Below are positions 60,536 to 64,000 of a DNA stretch of 64,000 nt, piece by piece. The stretch is from an uncultured delta proteobacterium (GTDB taxonomy: Bacteria > Desulfobacterota > Desulfomonilia > Desulfomonilales > Desulfomonilaceae). The notes below the pieces were generated by a model. That model made no database searches and had not been told where the DNA came from. It worked only from the letters and a program-made list of their open reading frames with translations. The number at the start of each line of letters is the position of its first letter. Within the stretch, counting starts at the first letter, position 1. The translations under genes and the position numbers were made by a program. The DNA lies in contig CAVVZX010000054.1 in assembly GCA_963752855.1 (NCBI GenBank), positions 2,154 to 66,153 of the forward strand, in the 5' to 3' direction.

Positions 60536-60592
60536 GTAGAAGGCGGTCGCCTTCGGCTCGGCAAAGAATCCAATCAGGAGCGTAGCATAGAT

Positions 60593-61443
60593 ATGAATTT
60601 GCGCTTTATCCATCCGACGCATGACGAGAAGACGAAATCGACCTGGCCATAGATTGGGCTGAAGCAGAAGGTTGGAATCCCGGCATCCACGATGCGGAGT
60701 GTTTCTATGCCGCAGATCCGAATAGCTTTTTCATCGGATTGTTGGATGACGAGCCTGTAGCAATGGTTTCCGCGGTTGCGTACGAAGATTCATACGGATT
60801 CATGGGGTTTTACATCGTGAAACCGGAAGTCCGCAACAGAGGTTATGGAAGACGGTTGGTCGAAGTGGGCATGCGATATCTGGAAAACCGCTGCATAGGG
60901 GTGGACAGTGTCAGGCCGGATTTGGTTTCCCATATGTGGCCCGGGTTCAAACCGGCTCACACGAACTATCGCTTTGAATGGATCAAAGATCGACAGGCGG
61001 CCGTGGCCCGTGAGGTCATTGAGCTTTCCGAAATACCGTTCTCAATCGTCACGGCATATGATCATGAGGTCTTCGGGTATTCGAGAGAATCTTTCCTAAA
61101 ATGTTGGATAAGCCGGACGGGAACGAGGGCTTTGGGCATTATGAAAGATGACCGACTTGCGGCGTATGGGGTCGTAAGGCCATGTCGAGTGGGATTCAAA
61201 ATCGGCCCGCTCTTTGCTGACAATGCGGAATCGGCCAGGACGTTATTCCAGGCCCTCACAACAGACGCTCCAATGGGCGCTCAAATCTATCTGGACACAC
61301 CCGAAAGAAATCCTGAGGCGGTGAGTATCGCTCAAAGCTATGGCATGAGGGAAGTGTTTCGGACTACAAGAATGTATAACGGACCCGAACCGAGCCTTCC
61401 CCTGGACAAATGGTTCGGCGTGACCAGCTTTGAACTTGGATAG
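60593..61443 (+). CDS. GNAT-family N-acetyltransferase with C-terminal YitH-like domain, frameshift near 60630
   Basis: ATG 60593 (MNLRFIHPTHDE..), then a frame change into ..DLAIDWAEAEGWNPG.., joining ORF 60739..61443. GNAT motif A IVKPEVRNRGYGRRLVE. Confidence 0.72.
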
Positions 61444-61461
61444 TAGTATTGTGCCGAAAGA

Positions 61462-61735
61462 TGCGGGAACCCCTTTTTTGCAAAAAAGAGTGCTCGCGCA
61501 CGGCTAGCAATGTATTTGCGCAGCTACTGAGTTAATCGAGAGCGAGAGGCATCAAGAGGCATTTTTGGCCCCACGCCCAGTCAGCGACCCTCCGGAAAAA
61601 ACTCCTAAATGGCTGGCGGCAACGCCAACTCTGATATGAGTTCACGGCTGTGGGTGGGAACCATCCCACGCAGAACGCGGGATTGCCTGTCATTATTGGT
61701 AGCGGCCGGCCTCCCCGTGCCGGTCGATTGAGATA
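61462..61735 (+). repeat. composite ~270-bp extragenic repeat, copy 2
   Basis: gcgggaaccccttttttgcaaaaaagagtgctcgcgcacggct, ggccccacgcccagtc, aaaaactcctaaatggctggcggcaacgcc..ctgat, ..gtcattattggtagcggccggcctccccgtgccggtc. Same module order and orientation as 57567..57835. Confidence 0.8.
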
Positions 61736-61963
61736 AACGGCGCTTCTGTCCGGGAGCGACCGGCGGTGGCCCTCTTTCCTCCCCCTTTTCCAAGTCTGTC
61801 AGTCTCGTCGCCCTTCTCAATGGCCGTGGATTCCAGGAGATCCGAGAGCATCGGTCGTTTCTCCGGAGCCCTTGAATATTTCGGATGAGCCACGACAATG
61901 CGGCAACCGGTAAAGTTCCTTGGCCGGGACATGAATGGCCGGGGATATCGAGGAGGATATTTT

Positions 61964-62535
61964 ATGCGATCTTCATCGTTGAAGCCTTCCGGCGAGGGCA
62001 GGATTCTGGCGGCAGATGCCGATCTGGAAAAATATTGCGTTCTCGCTTCGAAGCAGGGGCGACCCATGCCAAACAGATACATCCAAGCAGCGTGGTCACT
62101 GCGCCCTGGGTTCGACTGAAATGCCAGTTCGGCTGCCCGGGGTACGGCAGAGGCCTTTGCTGTCCACCTCATACCCCAACTCCGAAACAAACCAGGGCTG
62201 TCCTCGATTCTTACCGGAGAGCGATTCTCTTTCACCTCGAAGTATCGGATCCCGAGCAACAAAAAAAGGGAAATCAAGAATACATTGACAGACTGATCGA
62301 GCTAGAAGGAGAGATGTTCAAGGATAAATATTCTAGGGCCTTTATTTTCACAGCCGGGCCTTGTCGCAACTGTAAGAAATGTGGCGCGCTGGAGGGGAAT
62401 CCCTGTGCTAATCCCAGGAAAGCCCGACCGTCTATGGAAGGTTGCGGGATTGATGTTTATCAAACAGCCCGGAACAACGGTTTTTCTATACAGACCCTTA
62501 GCGAGCGGACCGACACAAAAACCATTACTGCCTGA
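61964..62535 (+). CDS. DUF2284-type predicted metal-binding protein, frameshift near 62060
   Basis: GAGGAGG lies 7 nt upstream of ATG 61964 (MRSSSLKPSGEGRILAADADLEKYCVLASKQG), then a frame change into ORF 61885..62535. Cys pattern CQFGCPGYGRGLCCPP...CRNCKKCG...C...C. Confidence 0.62.
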
Positions 62536-62587
62536 TGGTGGTGGATTAACGGTGCCGGAAAGGGCGGGCAAAGGCCGGAAGGGGAGA

Positions 62588-62633
62588 AGAATGCGGGAAC
62601 CGCTTTTTTGCAAAAAAGGGGTTCCCGCATTCT
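62588..62633. repeat. 46-nt near-perfect GCAAAAA-centred palindrome between convergent genes
   Basis: agaatgcgggaaccgcttttttgcaaaaaaggggttcccgcattct has one central mismatch. It lies 53 nt after the DUF2284 stop and 21 nt after the MaoC stop on the other strand. Confidence 0.85.
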
Positions 62634-62653
62634 CTCCTTCCTGTCCTGCGCCA

Positions 62654-63489
62654 CTACTCCACGCACGCATAGGCGTTGCTGAGGACTATCCCACGGTCGG
62701 TGCGGGCCTGGATCACGTAGCGTCCGGCGTCAATTTTCCATCCCTCTGTGATGAGGGTGTCGCCCGGATATACCACTCCGGAGAAACGGGTACGGAACTC
62801 CTTGAATCTGGCCACATCTCCGTTGCAAGCCTTGTGCAGGACCGCTCTCACCGCGTAGCCGTACGTGCAGAGCCCGTGAAGAATTGGGCGAGGGAACCCT
62901 CCCATTTTGGCAAATTCCGGATCGACATGCAGAGGATTGGTATCGCCATTGAGTCGATATAGGGCCGCCTGATTTTCCGGGATAAAATAGGAAGCGGTGA
63001 AATCCGGTTCACTCCCTCAGGCGGGTTCAGGGTTTCGGTTTTGGGTCCCGGGTCTCCTCCGAATCCGCCCGCGCCCACATAGAAAATTGTATGCTCCGCC
63101 TCCGCTAAGATCTGACCTTCTTCCGTCAGGATCCTCATCGTCCAGATAATGAGCGCTCCTTTGCCCTTGTCGTAGATATTTGTAATTTCACCTTCAGTTA
63201 CGACCTTCCCTTCAGGCGGAATCGGGCGATACAGCTTCATCGCCTCTTCTCCGTGGATGAATCTGGAAGGGTCGATCTTCACATCCTTGAAAAGAGCGAC
63301 GAACAGATCGTGGCACATCACGACGCAAAAGCTGGGAACGACCTTCAAACCGCCTTTTGCATGCTCGTAGACAAACGAAAGCTCATCCGTCTGCGCCCCG
63401 ACGCTCAAGGCATACAGGACCACATCCTTCCAGGTGTACTCGAAGGGGATCGGGCCGCATTTTTTTCCAACCAAGCTTAAATCAATCAT
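62654..63489 (-). CDS. double hot-dog MaoC/hydratase-2-like enoyl-CoA hydratase, frameshift near 63005
   Basis: Pieces 62848..63489 and 62654..62905. After correction it reads ..EPDFTASYFIPENQAALYRLNGDTNPLHVDPEFAKMGGFPRPILHG.. (hydratase-2 motif). Confidence 0.78.
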
Positions 63490-63546
63490 AAAAGTCTCCG
63501 TAAATATTCACCGCAGAGGGCGCGAAGGAGCGAAGAGGCAAGATTT

Positions 63547-63740
63547 CTGGGGAGGCCGCTTTTTGCAAAAACGCCGGCTCCCCAGGCCCCTCCCCAAAAA
63601 CTCCCATATGGCTGGCGGAACCACAAACGCTGATGTCAGGGGTCCAGCGTTCCTCTCGGGACGTCCGCAAGCCATTTAAGAGTTTTTGCCGGGAGGGGTG
63701 CGGGGGAACCGGCTTTTTGCAAAAAGCGGGTTCCCCCGCA
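63547..63740. repeat. composite extragenic repeat: two GCAAAAA palindromes bracketing AAAAACTCC modules in opposite orientations
   Basis: ctggggaggccgctttttgcaaaaacgccggctccccag (63547-63585), ccccaaaaactcccatatggctggcggaaccacaaacgctgatgt, inverted ccatttaagagtttttgcc, and tgcgggggaaccggctttttgcaaaaagcgggttcccccgca (63699-63740). Confidence 0.8.
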
Positions 63741-63770
63741 TTTCGTCTTTCCCGCCTTCACGCTTGCCTA

Positions 63771-64000
63771 TTTCGCAATTACCGTGGCAGGCAGTTTCCT
63801 GGTAAGGATATCCACCGCTTCTTCCACCATGTCTTCGAGGACCTGAGCCGCTGGTTTGATCTCCTTGATCAGACCCGAGACCTGCCCGGCCAGACCGCCG
63901 ACATAGTCGGTCTTATTAGCTTCAACAAAGCTCCAGAGGAGCGCCGAAGAGATCAGGACCTGGGTTGGGAAGGGTAGGGGCTCAAGGCCGGATGCGTCCC
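63771..64000 (-). CDS. 3' end of an unidentified gene (partial, runs off the window)
   Basis: The minus-strand frame is open from the window edge to stop 63771-63773. It reads ...QVLISSALLWSFVEANKTDYVGGLAGQVSGLIKEIKPAAQVLEDMVEEAVDILTRKLPATVIAK. Family not recognised. Confidence 0.45.

Noticed and set aside
57567-63740. Possible CRISPR array, given the many short palindromic repeats.
   Set aside because: The repeats are heterogeneous in sequence and length, irregularly spaced and in both orientations, and they are interspersed with genes. No cas genes are present.

Overview
This is a 64-kb bacterial chromosomal segment, roughly 50-55% GC by eye. I found no rRNA, tRNA or CRISPR array.

Gene content and likely source: the genes suggest an anaerobic Desulfobacterota/Deltaproteobacteria-like organism. 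The pointers are a multihaem cytochrome, sigma54/PAS regulators, cytoplasmic Mo/FeS redox enzymes, ybeX(corC)-lnt synteny and very abundant hairpin repeats. This taxonomic call is inference only.

Main blocks, left to right:
- 105-2985: three secreted low-complexity proteins.
- 15.6 to 4.7 kb: a long minus-strand block. It holds a chromate-resistance set (chrA, a stand-alone ChrB C-domain gene, rhodanese), DUF1259 and DUF1080-like genes, an Fe3+-type ABC importer, and then a beta-barrel outer-membrane protein (OMP) followed by a pentahaem cytochrome c.
- Divergent from that block: chrB, a small conserved gene and an MFS transporter.
- Housekeeping and regulators: a DksA/TraR-type protein, pcm, and a fused pyrD-pyrK.
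- 22.7-29.4 kb: a TauE-like permease, a membrane protein, a Tat-less molybdopterin oxidoreductase, a 4x[4Fe-4S] subunit and a GltD-like NAD(P)H oxidoreductase.
- 29.7-33.4 kb: a TetR-HlyD-ABC-2 efflux operon.
- 33.4-36.1 kb: a SPOR protein, argS and a small Cys-rich protein.
- 36.6-38.9 kb: an orphan gene, a HigB/HigA-like toxin-antitoxin pair and a coiled-coil protein.
- 39.2-49.3 kb: PagL-like deacylase, corC-lnt-perM-rsmI, a PAS histidine kinase, a YfcH-like epimerase, a SlyD-like PPIase and an orphan OppD-type ATPase.
- 51.4-55.4 kb: a sigma54 activator next to a sigma54-promoter-led ArsB/NhaD permease.
- 55.8-63.8 kb: a repeat-dense accessory stretch. It holds IS630, an OMP remnant, a low-GC Zn-ribbon/DUF3800-like islet, two MaoC hot-dog genes, a GNAT and a DUF2284 gene.

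Two window-wide properties dominate:
- About 30 reading-frame breaks fall in otherwise conserved genes, some at homopolymers. They most likely reflect indel errors in the assembly.
- Several families of MITE/REP-like double-hairpin repeats and GCAAAAA-centred palindromes generate many spurious ORFs.

I could not identify a clear-cut new defence or mobile system. The most system-like candidates are the Fe-ABC/OMP/cytochrome cluster and the cytoplasmic Mo-enzyme/NAD(P)H module. All family assignments rest on motifs I recognised by eye, not on searches.
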